Of a DNA stretch of 64,000 nucleotides, positions 1 through 13,183 are shown one piece after another. The position numbers and the translations under genes were made by a program. Position 1 is the first letter of the stretch. The number at the start of each line of letters is the position of its first letter. The notes beneath the pieces were generated by a model. The model was not told where the DNA came from, ran no database searches, and saw only the letters and a program-made list of their open reading frames with translations. This stretch comes from Mobula hypostoma (Eukaryota): positions 157,978,001 to 158,042,000 of the forward strand of contig NC_086097.1 of assembly GCF_963921235.1 (NCBI RefSeq). Reading direction: 5' to 3'.

Positions 1-15
1 CAGTAATTTTAAAGC

Positions 16-3000
16 ATGGAACGCGCGCTGAGATCCGACAAGTTAGATCTTGACCTACAAACACCTGAAGCTGGAAACGCTTTGGAAATCTGGCTGGCCT
101 GCTTCAAATCATACCTGGAGGCGATTGAAGTGACCTACTCCAAGGCAAAGCGCAGAGTTCTACTGTCCAGAATCAGTCCACGGGTCTACTCGATGATCAG
201 AGACCGGCCGAGCTACGACGGCACGATAAGCGCACTCAAAGGACAATACCCACGGCCGGTAAACACCATCTACGTGTGGCATTGCTTAGCGACTTGGCAC
301 CAGCGGCCTGGGGAATCAAGTGCTGAGTTTGTCCGGGCACTACAGACGCTCATGTGGGCCTGTGATTGCCAGGGGCTGATGGCAGGACAGCATGCAGAGC
401 TCCTAGTGAGAGACGCCTTCGTCACGGGGACCAGGTCAGTGTCTGTGTGTGCCAGCGGCTGTTGGAAAAAGTTGATCTTACTTTAAGTTCGGCGATCGAG
501 CTGGCCGACACACTGGAGGCTGCTCTGCACAATTCTGAGGCTCTCCAGGCAGGCGATCCCCCGATGGCCTCATCAGCACCACAGACCCCGCAACCCGCCA
601 GCGAATCGACCTCGGCTGCTGCCAGTCGTGAGTCTGCGAAGTGCTACTTCTGCAGACTCGAGAAGCACCCCTGGAAACACTGCCTGGCCTGAGAAGCTAC
701 CTGCTCCAGCTGCGGAAAGAAGGGCCACTTTGCCAAGGCCTGAAAGTCCAAACCGCAAGTGGGATCGAGCAGCGCCGCGTGCGAGATATGGGGGTCGCCA
801 TCTTGCCTGCCGCCATCTTCCCTGCACGCCACCACCACGTGTGAGACATGGGGGCGGCCATCTTGGTCAGCGCCACCTCTCACTGCCTACGATCAACGTG
901 TGCTCATGGGGCACCCCACCACGCCGGACCAAGACAGCGACTCAACCCTGGCCTCCGTGACCCTCGACCAAAGCGCTCCCCACCAGCTCGCAAGGTCAAT
1001 GATGGACATGCTGGTGGAGGGGCGCAGGACAAGCTGCCTGTTTGACACAGGCAGCACAGAGAGTTTTATCCACCCGGACACGGTGCAGCATTGCGGATTC
1101 GCGATATGGCTGGTAAGTCAGAGGGTCGCCATGGCTTCCAGGTCACGTACAACAGACATCCGGGGGGGTTGTGTAGCGACACTAGTGGTGCAGGGCACAG
1201 AATATCGAGACTTTACGTTACTGGTCATGCCTCAACTGTGTGCCCCTGTGCTATTGGGGCTCGACTTCCAGAGCCACCTGAAAAGCGTGACAATGAAGTA
1301 TGATGGGCCCATCCCACCAATTACTGTCGTAAATCCCCAGTTTTGTGGGAATATGTCACATACCCCGCTATTGACCACACACACAGACCGATCCACACAT
1401 CCCACCCAACACCATGCCAATTGCCACACTACCGACACCACTTGCGGCCTCTCCACCCTCAGGATCCCTCCCCCACCGCTGTTCGCCAACCTGACCCCCG
1501 ACTGTAAACCTGTGGCAACTAAAAGCAGGAGGTACAGCGCGGGGGACAGAGCCTTCATTAAGTCGGAGGTGCAACGGCTGCTCAGGGAGGGGATCACTGA
1601 GGCAAGCACAAGTCCTTGGAGGGCGCAGGTGGTCGTTGTTCAGAACGGGGAGAAAAATAGGATGGTCGTGGACTATAGCCAGGCCATCAATAGGTTCACA
1701 CAGCTCAACGCGTACCCTCTACCCCGCATCGCGGATATGGTCAATCAGATAGCACAATACAAGGTGTACTCGACCATAGACCTAAAATCCACTTACCATC
1801 AGCTCCCCATCCGCCGGGAGGACCGCCCTTACACTGCCTTCGAGGCGGACGGCAGGCTTTATCACTTCCTGCACGTCCCCTTTGGTGTCACGAATGGTGT
1901 ATCTGTCTTCCAGAGGGCAATGGACCGGATGGTGGACCAGTGCCAACTGAAGGCCATGTTCCCATATCTGGATAACATCACCATCTGCGGTCACGACTGG
2001 AAGGATCATGACAACAACCTCCAAAAATTTCTCCAAGCGGCCAAAGCTTTCAATCTCACCTATAACAAGGACAAGTGTGTGTTCAGAACCACCTGACTTG
2101 CTATCCTTGGGTGTGTTGTGGAGAACGGAGTCATTGGCCTTGACCCCGACCGTATGCGCCCCCTGTTGGAACTCCCTCTTCCCAATACCCTCAGAGCCCT
2201 CAAAAGGTGCCTGGGCTTCTTTTCGTATTACGCCCAATGGGTCTCTAACTACGCGGACAAGGCCCGCCCCCGGTCAAGTCCACCACATTCCCCCTCTCTG
2301 CCGAGGCCCACGCGGCCTTCAACCACATAAAAGGGGACATTGCCAAAGCAGCAATGCAGCAAAGCAGGATGAGGCCATTCCCTTCCAAGTAGAGAGTGAC
2401 GCCTCTGACTTTGCGCTGGCTGCTACCCTCAACCAGGCGGGAAGACCGGTGGCGTTCTTCTCCCGTACCCTTCAAGGCCCTGAAGTTCGGCACTCCGCGA
2501 TGGAGGAAGAGGCCCAGGCCATAGTGGAAGCTGTTAGGCAATGGAGGCATTATCTCGCCAGCAAAAAGTTCACCCTGCTGACTGACCAGCACTCAGTCGC
2601 ATTCATGTTTAGTAACCAACAGCGGGGCAAAATCAAACATGATAAAATTCTGAGGTGGGGAATCGAACTCTCCACCTACAACTATGACATCATGTACAGC
2701 CCGGAACCTGCCTTACTCCCTTGAGGAGGAGATCAGGACAATGACCAGGGTCTGCCAAGTCTGCGCAGAGTGAAAACCACATTTCTACCGACCCGAAAAG
2801 GCACAACTAATCAAGGCCACCCGCCCCTTTGAGCAACTGAGTGTTGACTTTAAGGGCGCCCTTCCCTCCACTGACCGCAATGTGTACTTTCTGAACGTTA
2901 TCAACAAATACTCGCAGTTCCCCTTCGCCATCCCCTGCCCTGACACCACTACCACGTCAGTTATAAAAGCCCTGCGCAAGCTCTTCACTCTGTTTGGATG

Positions 3001-3778
3001 CCCATGCCATATCCACAGTGACAGAGGGTCCTCATTTATGAGTGACGAGCTGCGCCAATACTTGCTGGCTAGGTGAATTGCAACTAGTAGGACCACGAGC
3101 TATAATCCCCGGGGAAATGGACAGGTGGAGAAGGAGAATGGCACAGTGTGGAAAGCCACACTCTTAGCCCTCAGGTCAAAGGGACTGCTGGTCTCCCGCT
3201 GGCAGGAGGTCCTTCCCGAGGCACTCCACTCCATCCGCTCCCTGTTATGCACGGCCACCAATGCCACCCCTCATGACCGAATCTTTTCTTTTCCCAGAAA
3301 GTCGACCACGGGGACCACCCTACCAACTTGGCTGACGTCCCCGGGGCCAGTGCTGCTCCGGAAACATGCGAGGAGCAATAAATACTCCCCGATAGTCGAG
3401 AGGGTTCACTTACTTCATGCGAACTCCCAGCATGCCTACGTGGTTTTACCTGATGGGCGGGAGGACACGGTCTCCATCCGCGACCTGGCGCCCGCAGGAG
3501 CATGAGGCCCCTACTCTGAACACTCCGTGGTGACTATTAACCCCGTATCCACCGATGTATGTACCCACGAGACACCGCGCACTCCAAGCCCCACACAGAC
3601 ACCACACGACACTCCCATACCGGGCATGACGCACACGCACGAGGGGTTACCAACGCCTAACGTGCTGGCACCTGAAGTCAGGTCGGAGCCAGCACAACCG
3701 CCATCGCCGGTGCAATCACCGCTGGTGCTACGTAGATCACAGCGACGGACTCGACCACCTGATAGACCTGACGTGTAA
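16..3778 (+). pseudogene. Disrupted gag-pol of Gypsy copy A
   Basis: Zinc knuckle CYFCRLEKHPWKHC; protease LFDTGS; RT motifs RMVVDY, IDLKSTYHQ, PFGVTN, YLDN; RNase H VESDASD; integrase HSDRG. Several stops and frameshifts, plus a ~135-bp deletion near 2700 that removes the integrase HHCC histidines relative to copy B. Confidence 0.93.
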
Positions 3779-3844
3779 ATATACTTGTTTTAAATATTGT
3801 CAGTCACTTCACCCCACGGGACTCTTTAAAAAAAGAGGGGTGAA

Positions 3845-4077
3845 TGTGGTAAACCATATATATATGTGTTGTAACTTGGTTACCTGTCTGGACACACCCC
3901 TCTGCTGACTGCCCCTGTAGCTCCTCCCACAGTCCCTGAATAAAGGCGATTTCGCCATTGCTCCTCCCCCTCAGTCCAGGGGCAGACACTCAGCATGGAG
4001 GTCACATTTTACTGCGAATAAAAGCCTTTCAGTATTTACCCTACTTCCAGTCTTTTGGAGTTATTGATGGTGCATCA
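3845..4077 (+). repeat. 3' LTR of Gypsy copy A (233 bp)
   Basis: Starts TGTGGTAAACC directly after the PPT, ends GGTGCATCA, contains AATAAA, and is homologous to the LTRs at 35152 and 39341. Confidence 0.93.
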
Positions 4078-5290
4078 CCATCCTCCTTGTTAATTCTTCA
4101 AAGAATTTCAACAGATTTGTCAGGCAAGATTTCCCCTTTATAAAACCATTCTGACCGGCTTATTTTATCATTTTCCTCCAAGTACTTCAAAATCTCATCT
4201 TTAAAAATAGATCTCAACATCTTTCTAACCACTGAAATCAGACTGACTGGCTTATAACATCCTTTCTTCTGTCTCTCTCCCTTCTTAAAGAGTGGAGTGA
4301 AAATTGCAATTTTCCAGTCCTTCAGAACCATTCCAGAATCTATTGGTACTTGAAAAATCACAATCTTTTCGGCTAAGTCTTTCAGAGCACTGGGGTGTGG
4401 TCCATCTGGTCTAGGTGACTTATCTACCTTCAGATCATACAGCTTCCCAAGCACCTTCTCGATACAAATGGCAATGACACTCAATTCTGCCCTCTGACAC
4501 TGTTGCATTTCTGGCATTCTGCCAGTGTCTTCCACAATGAAGACTGTTGCAAAATATTTATTAAGTTTGTCTGCCGTTTCTTTGTCCCCCATTACAATTT
4601 CTCCAGCATCATTTTCCAGTGGTCTGCTATCTTCTCTTGTCTCTCTTTTACTCTTTATATATCTGAAAAAACTGCTGTATCCTCTTTGATATCATTGTTT
4701 TTCAGCTTTCTGCCTACCTCCCTATATTCTGTCTGGACCCTATGAAGGACATCCTTGACCCTGGCACTTGGGAGGCAATATACCATGTGGGTGTCTCTTT
4801 CACATCCACAGAATCTGCTTTCTGCTCCTCTGATGATCGAATCCCTTATCACTACTGTACTCCTCTTCTCCCCACTTCCCTTCTAGGCCATAGAGCCAGT
4901 CTCCATGCCAGAGATCCACTCACTGTGGCTTCTCCCTGGTAGGTCATCCCCTTCATCAGTATCCAAAGCAGTATACTCATTATTGAGGGGAATGACCACA
5001 GGGTTGATATGCACTGTCTGCCTATTCTCTTTCCCTCTTCAGATAGTCATCTAGGTACCTATGTCCTGCAACTCAGGGGTGACTACCTTCCTGTAGTTTC
5101 TATCTATCACGTCCTCATTCTCCCATATGAGCCAAAGGTCACCAAGCTGCCACTCCAGTTCCTTAAAATGGGCTTAAGGGGCTGCAACTTAATGCACTTT
5201 GTGCAGAGGTAGTTATCAGGGAGACTGGAGGTCTCTCAGATTTCCCACATTTCACATAAGGAGAATACCACTACCTCCAGATCCATTCTC
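4078..5290 (-). mobile_element. Decayed CR1 LINE (ORF1 and ORF2 fragments); probable insertion target of Gypsy copy A
   Basis: ORF 4098-4592 has KSPRPDGPHP...IFTPLFKKG...YKPVSLIS (CR1 ORF2). ORF 4655-4852 has DSIIRG...CLPSARVKDV, resembling the CR1 ORF1 esterase. Confidence 0.85.
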
Positions 5291-5999
5291 AGCACACTAG
5301 ATATATACTAACAGAAAAATAACAACTCATTAGAAACTTTCTTACTTAGAAACTCCACCTGTTCTTGCCCAAGCCTGGTGACTCACTCTAACGATGCCTC
5401 ACTCACACAATAGCCACTCCAACAATACTGCTCTACTCCTCCTTTCTTTTTATTGGCCTGCACCGATTGCTACCCACCAAAAAGAAGCTGAAAGCTCCCA
5501 AGTTCTTTTAAAACTTATTGCTGCTCCACCAACGAATAACCTCTCATGTTGATTTCAACCTGCTGAAAAATATACTGCAGGACAACACGCAGCCATCATG
5601 TAACAAGCTACAACAACAAAGCAAACTCCTTTTCCTTCCCTCTTCCCCACCCATACACACAGAAGAGCCCCCAGCCCCAGGCAGCCTGCCTCTGGGCCTC
5701 TGACGTCTGGAATTACCAACTTGGGATCTTGATCTATATTTATGGATCAGAACATGCAAGTTTACTTCAAAGCTTACTCTGATGTGTTTATTTTCAAGAT
5801 GATAGATGGCCATTCATAAAGAACATAATGGCTTAAGGTAAGCGACCTCCCTTCAGCTGTACAGAATATGAAAAATTAGCCTGGTGCAATAAAATGCATT
5901 AGAGAATTCCTGGTGCCAGTGGAAGTGTACCTCAATATGTCTGTGTCTTCAGTGGATACAAAAATAGAGACAACTTAATATTTTAAAACAGTATGTTTA

Positions 6000-6088
6000 T
6001 TGATCCACTTGACCCAAAACAGGAGTGTGTGGGCCATGGCAGTCAAAGCTCAAACTGGGCACGGCACCTGATGATGATGATGATGATG
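6000..6088 (+). mobile_element. Short LINE 3' end (RTE-like) with (TGA)n tail
   Basis: GGGCACGGCACC followed by TGATGATGATG. Family assigned from memory of RTE-like 3' ends only. Confidence 0.4.
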
Positions 6089-6793
6089 TTTATGTCTGTA
6101 TATTACCAACTTTTGAAGGAAAATATGATACAAACTGGCCATAGGTCACATAAATAAAATAAATGTTAAATGCTTTTGATTTAATTTTTTTTCTTCATTT
6201 AAAGAATGTGGGCATCATTGTAAAGTACTTGTTGCACTACTGGAAGACTTTAAAAGAGGTGGCGTGACTATCTACTTGAACTCCTGCAATTTTGATGAAG
6301 GCGACCCCACAATGTTGTTAAATTGAGATCGAAGGTAGATTTGGCAATGAATAATTGGCAATATGCTTAAAGTCAAGATGTTGTATGACTCGGAGGGAAA
6401 CTCCTGAAGGATGTCCAATCAACATCCAATCAGGGAGTGTTGATTGGATGGGGCAACTCAGCTGTGCTAATGCTGCCAAAAATCAGTGGTACACAGCTCT
6501 ATTTTTCTTTTGTGGGAGATGATCAATACATTCCACATGTAACTTGCAAACATTACTTTCTATTTATCACCCCTTGTCGGAACTTATTCAAGTCTTGCTG
6601 CATGCAGACAGTTTCAAAGGTTCTGCAAATAAGACTGAACATTGTGCATCAATAAACATCTTCACTTCTGACTTTATGATAGAAGGAAAGTCATCAATAA
6701 ATCTGCTGAATAAAACTGAGCTTAAGAGATTACACAGAGGAAGTCATCCAGTGATGTCCTGCCGCCAACATAATTAATCTTCACAAGCCTTTT

Positions 6794-7580
6794 CTGTGGA
6801 TTCTGGTTAATTGGCCCATTGGTTTTTCGGGGCAGCCGCTTATTTGGAACAACTCTTAAAGAACAAAACCTAATTGAGAAAATAGCCAGGATTCCCTTGG
6901 AACAAGAGACTGCTGCTGAACAGTTTCTAACTAGTGTCAGTTGTGTGCACCTTGAGTGAACAGTTTTTAAATGGCATCAGTTGTGTGTACTTCTGTTCAA
7001 AAAGCAGTGATTTTTGTCACTGATAGTTGGCAAGAAATACACAGGAGGACAATTCCAAACTGTTTTGCTGACTACAGTTTCAAGCTTAGAGGCTTAGAGA
7101 TGCCAGAACTGGCTGGGAGTGAAAATGAAACAATTTCATGGCTTCAACAAGTTAGAAACTACAGAGAATTTGAAGGCAATGACAATAATCTTGAATGTAA
7201 AAATGAAAGTGAAGCTTTGGAGGATGCAATTGTCAAAAGCATTGTATGAATGCAGTATGAAGGTATCTGCATGAGGTGTCTGCATTGATTTTGTTCATTT
7301 ACAGTCAATCAAAAGAACACTGCAGGAAATACTGAATAAATTCCTCCATTGATAATTATTAGGAAATAATACATAGTTTACAGTATTGCAGTAGAATTGG
7401 CAGTGTTATAATTTGTTCTGTATTTCTTTTAATACATAATTTGTTACTAAGTTAAACAGCAGTTAGTCTTTTTCATACCTGTTTAACTATATCCATGAAA
7501 CTTGAGCTAATTAATGTAGCCACTTAATTGGGCCAAAATGTATTGGTCCCAATGCGTCCCAGTTAATCGGAATCCACTTT
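6794..7580 (+). mobile_element. Tigger/pogo-like non-autonomous DNA transposon
   Basis: Imperfect terminal inverted repeats GTGGATTCTGGTTAATTGG and CCAGTTAATCGGAATCCAC. Residual peptide AVIFVTDSWQEI..TIPNCF resembles the pogo/Tigger transposase C-terminal region. Confidence 0.7.
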
Positions 7581-7589
7581 GTAAAGCAA

Positions 7590-8300
7590 TAGGGTGGCAG
7601 CGTAGCACAGCTGGTAGAGGAGCTGCCTCACGCTCCAGCAATCTCAGTCAAATTCCGACCTCCTGTGCTGTCCAAGTGGAATTGCTTCTGTCGGTGTGGG
7701 CTCTGGAATTGCTTCTGTGTCTGTGTGGGTTCTGAATGGGTTCTGTCTGGGTTCTGGAATTGCTTCTGTCTGTGTGGGTTCTGGAATTTCTTCTGTCTGT
7801 GTGGGTTCTGGAATTGCTTCTGTGTCTATATGGGTTCTGTGTGGGTTCTGGAATTGCCTCTGTGTCTGTGTGGGTTCTGTGTGGGTTCCGGAATTGCTTC
7901 TGTTTGTGTGGGTTCTGGAAGTGCTTCTGTATCTGTATGGGTTCTGGAATTGCTTCTTTCTGTGTGGGTTCTGGAAGTGCTTCTGTGTCTGTGTGGGTTC
8001 TGTGTGGGTTTGGAATTGCCTCTGTGTCTGTGTGGGTTCTGAAATTGCCTCTGTGTCTGTGTGGGTTCTGGAATTGCTTCTGTGTCTGTGTGGGTTCCCT
8101 CCAAATGTTTTGGTTTCCTCCCACATCCCATGGTTGTGCAAGTCAGTAGGTTAATTGGCCCATGTAAGTTACTGTTAGCTTGTAGAAAAATATCAGAATC
8201 TACATGGGCTGATGGAAATGTGGGAAGAATAAAGTACAATTAGTGTAAATGGCCCTTTGCTGTTCAGCGCAGACTTGTTGGGTGGAAGGAAACATTTCTA
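7590..8300 (+). mobile_element. tRNA-derived V-SINE/HE1-like SINE expanded by an internal minisatellite
   Basis: tRNA-like head (GTAGCACAGCTGGTAGAG...GCTGCCTCAC). The body resumes after the array with GGTTTCCTCCCACATCCC...GTAGGTTAATTGGCC. Confidence 0.75.
7677..8096. repeat. Minisatellite, ~25-29-bp unit TTCTGGAATTGCTTCTGTGTCTGTGTGGG with 12-bp subrepeats
   Basis: About a dozen directly visible tandem units. Explains the six overlapping low-complexity ORFs here. Confidence 0.95.
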
Positions 8301-10411
8301 TTCTGTATTTATGCTGACCCTGTGACTAGCCCTTGACTGTATTTTACCTCAAGACCTTTTGATTTGTTTTCCTTGGGGTCACTAATATTCTTTACAAGAT
8401 CAGATCAAGGGTAATCAATCTCACCTCACCAGATGAATCCAGTTCTTTGACCCATACTGATGCAACTTGGAGCTGAGAAGTCCCAGCAGAACACACAATG
8501 ACTGTTGGTAAGCAGAATATTGCTGAGTAATTGCTGCTTGAAAACACTGTCAACAACACTTTCCATCATTTTCACAATGACTAAGACTGCCAGGTAGATG
8601 TTAATGTCATATCTGTTCTAGAGCAGCTGGTTTTGGAGGGCAAGCCTTTAAATTCTAGAGCTAAGTCCCTTTATTGTGTGCGGCGCTTTCACTTCTGATT
8701 CTTGATATTATATGGAGTGAAACAAAAACTGGCTTCAGTGATGGTGGGAATCTCAGACTGAAGGTAGGTCAGATTTCTGCAATTCTGGCTGAAGATTATT
8801 ACAAATTCTTCAGCCTTCCTTTTGAAACTCACATAAAAACAGTCCCATCATTGGATACTAACTCTTGAAATTTTGACATTTCCTCACTTCTCTAACCTTT
8901 TTAGTTGTTCACTCCCAGCCAAAGGATATGGTTTGTTTTGTTGTTATATCACTAAGTTCTTCTTATTTTGTGCTTCTTTTGTGATTTAGCATGCATTAGT
9001 ACTATCATCAGTAATTCTCTTTAGTGTTTGGATTGCATATCCCTTATTTATCTCAAAAAGGCTAAATCTGTTATTTATAACTTGCATTCAAAACAGTGGA
9101 ATGATTTTGCCATGGGCTATCATGTGCAGCTTAATTTCCTGAACAGCAGCGAAAGAAAATGAACCAATCCTAACCCATCTATAATTATAATGCTACTTCT
9201 CAAGCAGTTCATGAGCTATTTCAATGGCATCAGTGGTGAAACATTTGAATCATTCAGGGAAAGATTCTGCCCTCAAAGGATATTTAACTATGCTCCCAAT
9301 AATCTACGGAGGACAGCAACAGCTTTACACGAACAAAACAAAATAAAACATGATGAATTTGAAAAGTGAAAATTGACTTGCAGCAATTTATAGTGCCAAT
9401 TTCTACTAGGGAATACAATACTTTGCCTGGCACCTCTCTAAAAATTATTTACCACCTTGAACTTTCATTCAGAACCCTATCTTTCGGGCAGATGACTTGT
9501 TTCTCCCTTCAGAAGATTGGTTAGCTCCCTGAACTTCCTCCCTGCCACTAAAATGGTGAAATCTGAAAGTACATCAAAGTGTGCCGAGTTTCCATTGTCC
9601 ATCTCTATAAAATCTAATTTTGCAGCATCTCTGTTCTACATTACTTCATATCCAGCCTTGACTCTTATACAACTGTTCTACATTGACTCAATTCTTATTG
9701 CTGTCTCTCAGTCTCCTCATGGTTTCACACTGTCCTACCTCTTCAAGATCCTCTGGTTCAACATTCTTCCCTAACCTCTCCATCTAAAAAAAAAATTTGC
9801 AATCTCTCCAACCTATTTCCCACCACTTGCACACTACCTCTTTTAAATCAGTACAATTGGCATTGTCTGTACACTTGCAATATGTTTCTCCAAGGTTCCT
9901 TGAGTCTTTCTTTTGCCTCATCCCACTTTCCTTCCCTTTCCTCAATATACACATTATTTATCTTTGACATTATCTTCCTAAAAGTCAGCAATTACCTCAG
10001 ACCTATAATCACCTCTTCTGATATATCCTTCTCAGTGCTTGGGGTCTGTTTAGCAGTTGACGATTTTCTGTGAGCTTGATATAGTACTCGCTATTTTCAT
10101 ATTCACTTCTGTTGTTCACTGAAGGTTTTGTAATATTCATGGTGTAGAGCAGTAAAGTACTTTGGGATAGTTTTTCCAATGAAATCTCCACATAAAAGCA
10201 GATTATTTTTGTAAGCTAGACTACATTTTCCTCAGAAAGGCAAACTAAAGAAGCCACACCAAACAGACTAAGTGAGGGAACAGCATTTACCTGAAACTCA
10301 TAGGTGGAAGAACCGATCCCCACATCATTATATCATGATTTAAAAACACATGTACAAATACCGAGTAGTCAGGTTTCCTTTCAGAATACATAATATTCCA
10401 ACTTAGAAACT

Positions 10412-10789
10412 GTCTCTGGAGACAGTTTATCGACTAATACCTTTTATAAACACACTGATTCTCACAGCTACCTGGACTCTACCTCTTCCCATCCTGTTAC
10501 TTGTAAAAATGCCAGCTCCTTCTCTGTTTCTCCATCTTTGCCGCATCTGCTCTCAGGATGAGGCTTTTCATTCCAGAACTAATGAGATGTCCTCCTTCTT
10601 CAAAGAAAGGGGCTATCTTTCCTCTGTCGTCAATGCTGCCCTCACTCTCATCCCTTCCATTTTGCGACATCTGCCCTCACCTCATCCTCCCACCGCCCCA
10701 CCAGGGATAGGGTTCCTCTTGTCCTCACTTACTATCCCAGTAGCCTCCATATCCAGCACTTAACTCTCTGTAACTTCCGCCATTCCCAA
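10412..10789 (+). mobile_element. Penelope-like element fragment (RT C-terminal/thumb region)
   Basis: Translates to YKHTDSHSYLDSTSSHPVTCKN and LHLCRICSQDEAFHSRTNEMSSFFKERGY, typical of Penelope-like RT. Confidence 0.85.
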
Positions 10790-10794
10790 ATAAT

Positions 10795-13183
10795 TGTCAT
10801 AGGGAGGGCGTGCTGAGAGCGGACCCAAATGCAAGACACAGACACTGAAAAAAAATATAGAAAAACTACAGAACAGAAACAGGCCTTTTGGCCCTTCTTG
10901 GCTGTACCAAACCATTTTCTGCCTAGTCCCACTGACCTGCACACGGACCATATCCCTCCATACACCTCCCATCCATGTATCTATCCAGTTTATTCTTAAA
11001 TGTTAAAAAAGAACCTGCATTTACCACCTCGTCTGGCAGCTCATTCCATACTCCCACCACTCTCTGTGTGAAGAAGCTCCCCTAATGTTCCCTTTAAACT
11101 TTTCCCCCTTCACCCTTAACCCATGTCCTCTGGTTTTTTTTCTCCCCTTGCCTCAGTGGAAAAAGCCTGCTTGCATTCACTCTATCGATACCCATCATAA
11201 TTTTATATACCTCTATCAAATCTCCCCTCATTCTTCTATGTTCCAGGGAATAAAGTCCTAACCCATTCAACCTTTCTCTGTAACTGAGTTTTTCAAGTCA
11301 CGGCAACATCCTTGTAAACCTTCTCTGCACTCTTTCAACCTTATTAATATCCTTCCTGTAAGTTGGTGACCAAAACTGAACACAATACTCCAGATTTGGC
11401 CTCACCAATGCCTTATACAACCTCATCATAACATTCCAGCTCTTATACTCAACACTTTGATTAATAAAGGCCAATGTACCAAAAGCTCTCTTTACAACCC
11501 TATCTACCTGTGACACCACTTTTAGGGAATTTTGTATCTGTATTCCCAGATCCCTCTGTTCTACTGCATTACTCAGTCCCTTACCATTAACCCCGTATAT
11601 TCTACCTTGGTTTGTCCTTCCAAAGTGCAATACCTCACACTTCTCTGTATTAAACTCCATCTGCCATTTTTCAGCCCATTTTTCCAGCTGGTCCAAATCC
11701 TTCTGCAAGCTTTGAAAACCTTCCTCACTGTCCACTACACCTCCAATCTTTGTATAATCAGCAAATTTGCTGATCCAATTTACCACATTATCATCCAGAT
11801 CATCGATATAGATGACAAATAACAATGGACCCAGCACTGATCCCTGTGGCACACCACTAGTCACAGACCTCCACTCTGAGAAGCAATCCTCTACTACCAT
11901 TCTTTGCCTTTTTCCATTGAGCCAATGTCTAATCCAATTTACCACCTTTCCATGTATACCTAGCAACTGAATTTTCCTAACTAACCTCCCATGCGGGACC
12001 TTGTCAAAGGCCTTACTGAAGTACTAGGAACAGGACTAGGCGTGATAAGGAAGCAAGGGGAGGGGGGAAGAAAGAATGCTGGACATGACACAGGCCCTAG
12101 ATGAGACAAGGATCCAGGGCCTGGGCTAGGACTTGACTAGGATACTGGAACCAGGACATGGAACTTGGAACTAGGAGCCTAGGCTTGGACTCTGAGCCAG
12201 AGACTGGACAAGGACCCAGAACCTGGGACTTGATTCGGGCTCGGACCTCTGAACTAGGTGAGGACATGACAAGGCTACAGGACGTGGCGTGGCTACAGGA
12301 CGGGAAAAGAGACTCCAGGACAGGACGAGGGAACTCCAGCCCAGGACGAGGAATCTTCAGCACCGGGCTGGGTGAGGTACCCCTGGGCTGGGTGAGCCAC
12401 AAGGACAGTACAAGATTCTCGGACATTGCTAGGACTGGATGAGATCCTGAAGCCTTGACTTGGTTGAGGGAGAGACAGGAACGCAGAGCCTTGGTCGAGG
12501 GAGAGACAGGAACGCAGAGCCTTGGTTGAGGGAGAGACAGGGACATGGAACACAGAGCTGGGACCCCTCCTTGGAAACAGGACGTAGGGCCGGGACTCAG
12601 AGCCAGGACCCCGCCTTGGGTACAGGACATAGGGCCGGGACTCATTACGCAGAATGCAGAATACAACAAGACAGTTCTCAACACAAGGTAGCGGCAGATG
12701 GCCAGACCTACCTAGCGAAGGTGAGGACACAAAGACAGATCGTAACACTAGGTAGCAGCAAACGGCCAGACCTACCTAGCGAAGGCATGGACACAGAGAC
12801 AGTTGAAAACAACGGTAAACAGTTCCTTATTTTGCTCTGACGAAAGAACTTGACCCCAGTGCAGGCGAGGGTTACAGGCAAGGCAAGGCTTTAGACGAGG
12901 CAAGGCAAGGCTTCAGACGAGGCAAGGCGAGGCAAGACGAGATGAGGTGAGTCTTCAGGTGAGGCTCTGGGAGGAAGGGGAAGGGAAGGAAAGGGATACA
13001 GACAGCAGGTTTGGACAGGAACAATCCAGCAGCCAGAGGATGAATCCTGAAGCTATTTATGAAGCCAGCCCAAATGAAAATCAGCTGCCTCAACAGAAAC
13101 TGGGGAAAACCGGAAAACCTGGAATAAGGAACGTGGACTGGGCCGTGAACCGGAATGCATATTTCACGGACCGGACCATGACA
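10795..13183 (-). mobile_element. Solo LTR (~1.2 kb, Gypsy-type) interrupted by a CR1
   Basis: TGTCAT...ATGACA termini and 5-bp TSD ATAAT (10790-10794 / 13184-13188). Contains short internal tandem repeats and no gag-pol. Confidence 0.8.
10850..12020 (-). mobile_element. 5'-truncated, well-preserved CR1 LINE inserted in the solo LTR
   Basis: ORF 11298-11966 has SGVPQGSVLGPLLF, KFADYTK (FADD variant) and LVRPNLEYCVQFWSP. ACTGAA occurs at both junctions (10844-10849, 12015-12020). Confidence 0.93.

Larger units (their letters stand above)
1..4077 (+). mobile_element. Ty3/Gypsy LTR retrotransposon, copy A (5' LTR lies upstream of the window; decayed)
   Basis: Gag, protease, RT, RNase H and integrase in Gypsy order. 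Purine tract at ~3828-3844 followed by a TG...CA LTR. Colinear with the full-length copy at 35152-39569. Confidence 0.95.

Noticed and set aside
7677..8096. ~29-bp repeat array that superficially resembles CRISPR
   Set aside because: Units are directly tandem with no unique spacers, the context is vertebrate, and no cas genes are present.
7644..8239. Six overlapping 125-165-aa ORFs
   Set aside because: They are translations of the minisatellite in all frames, with no coding signal.
12097..12840. Several 94-195-aa ORFs
   Set aside because: Low-complexity ORFs on both strands within a repeat-rich solo LTR, with no recognisable domain.
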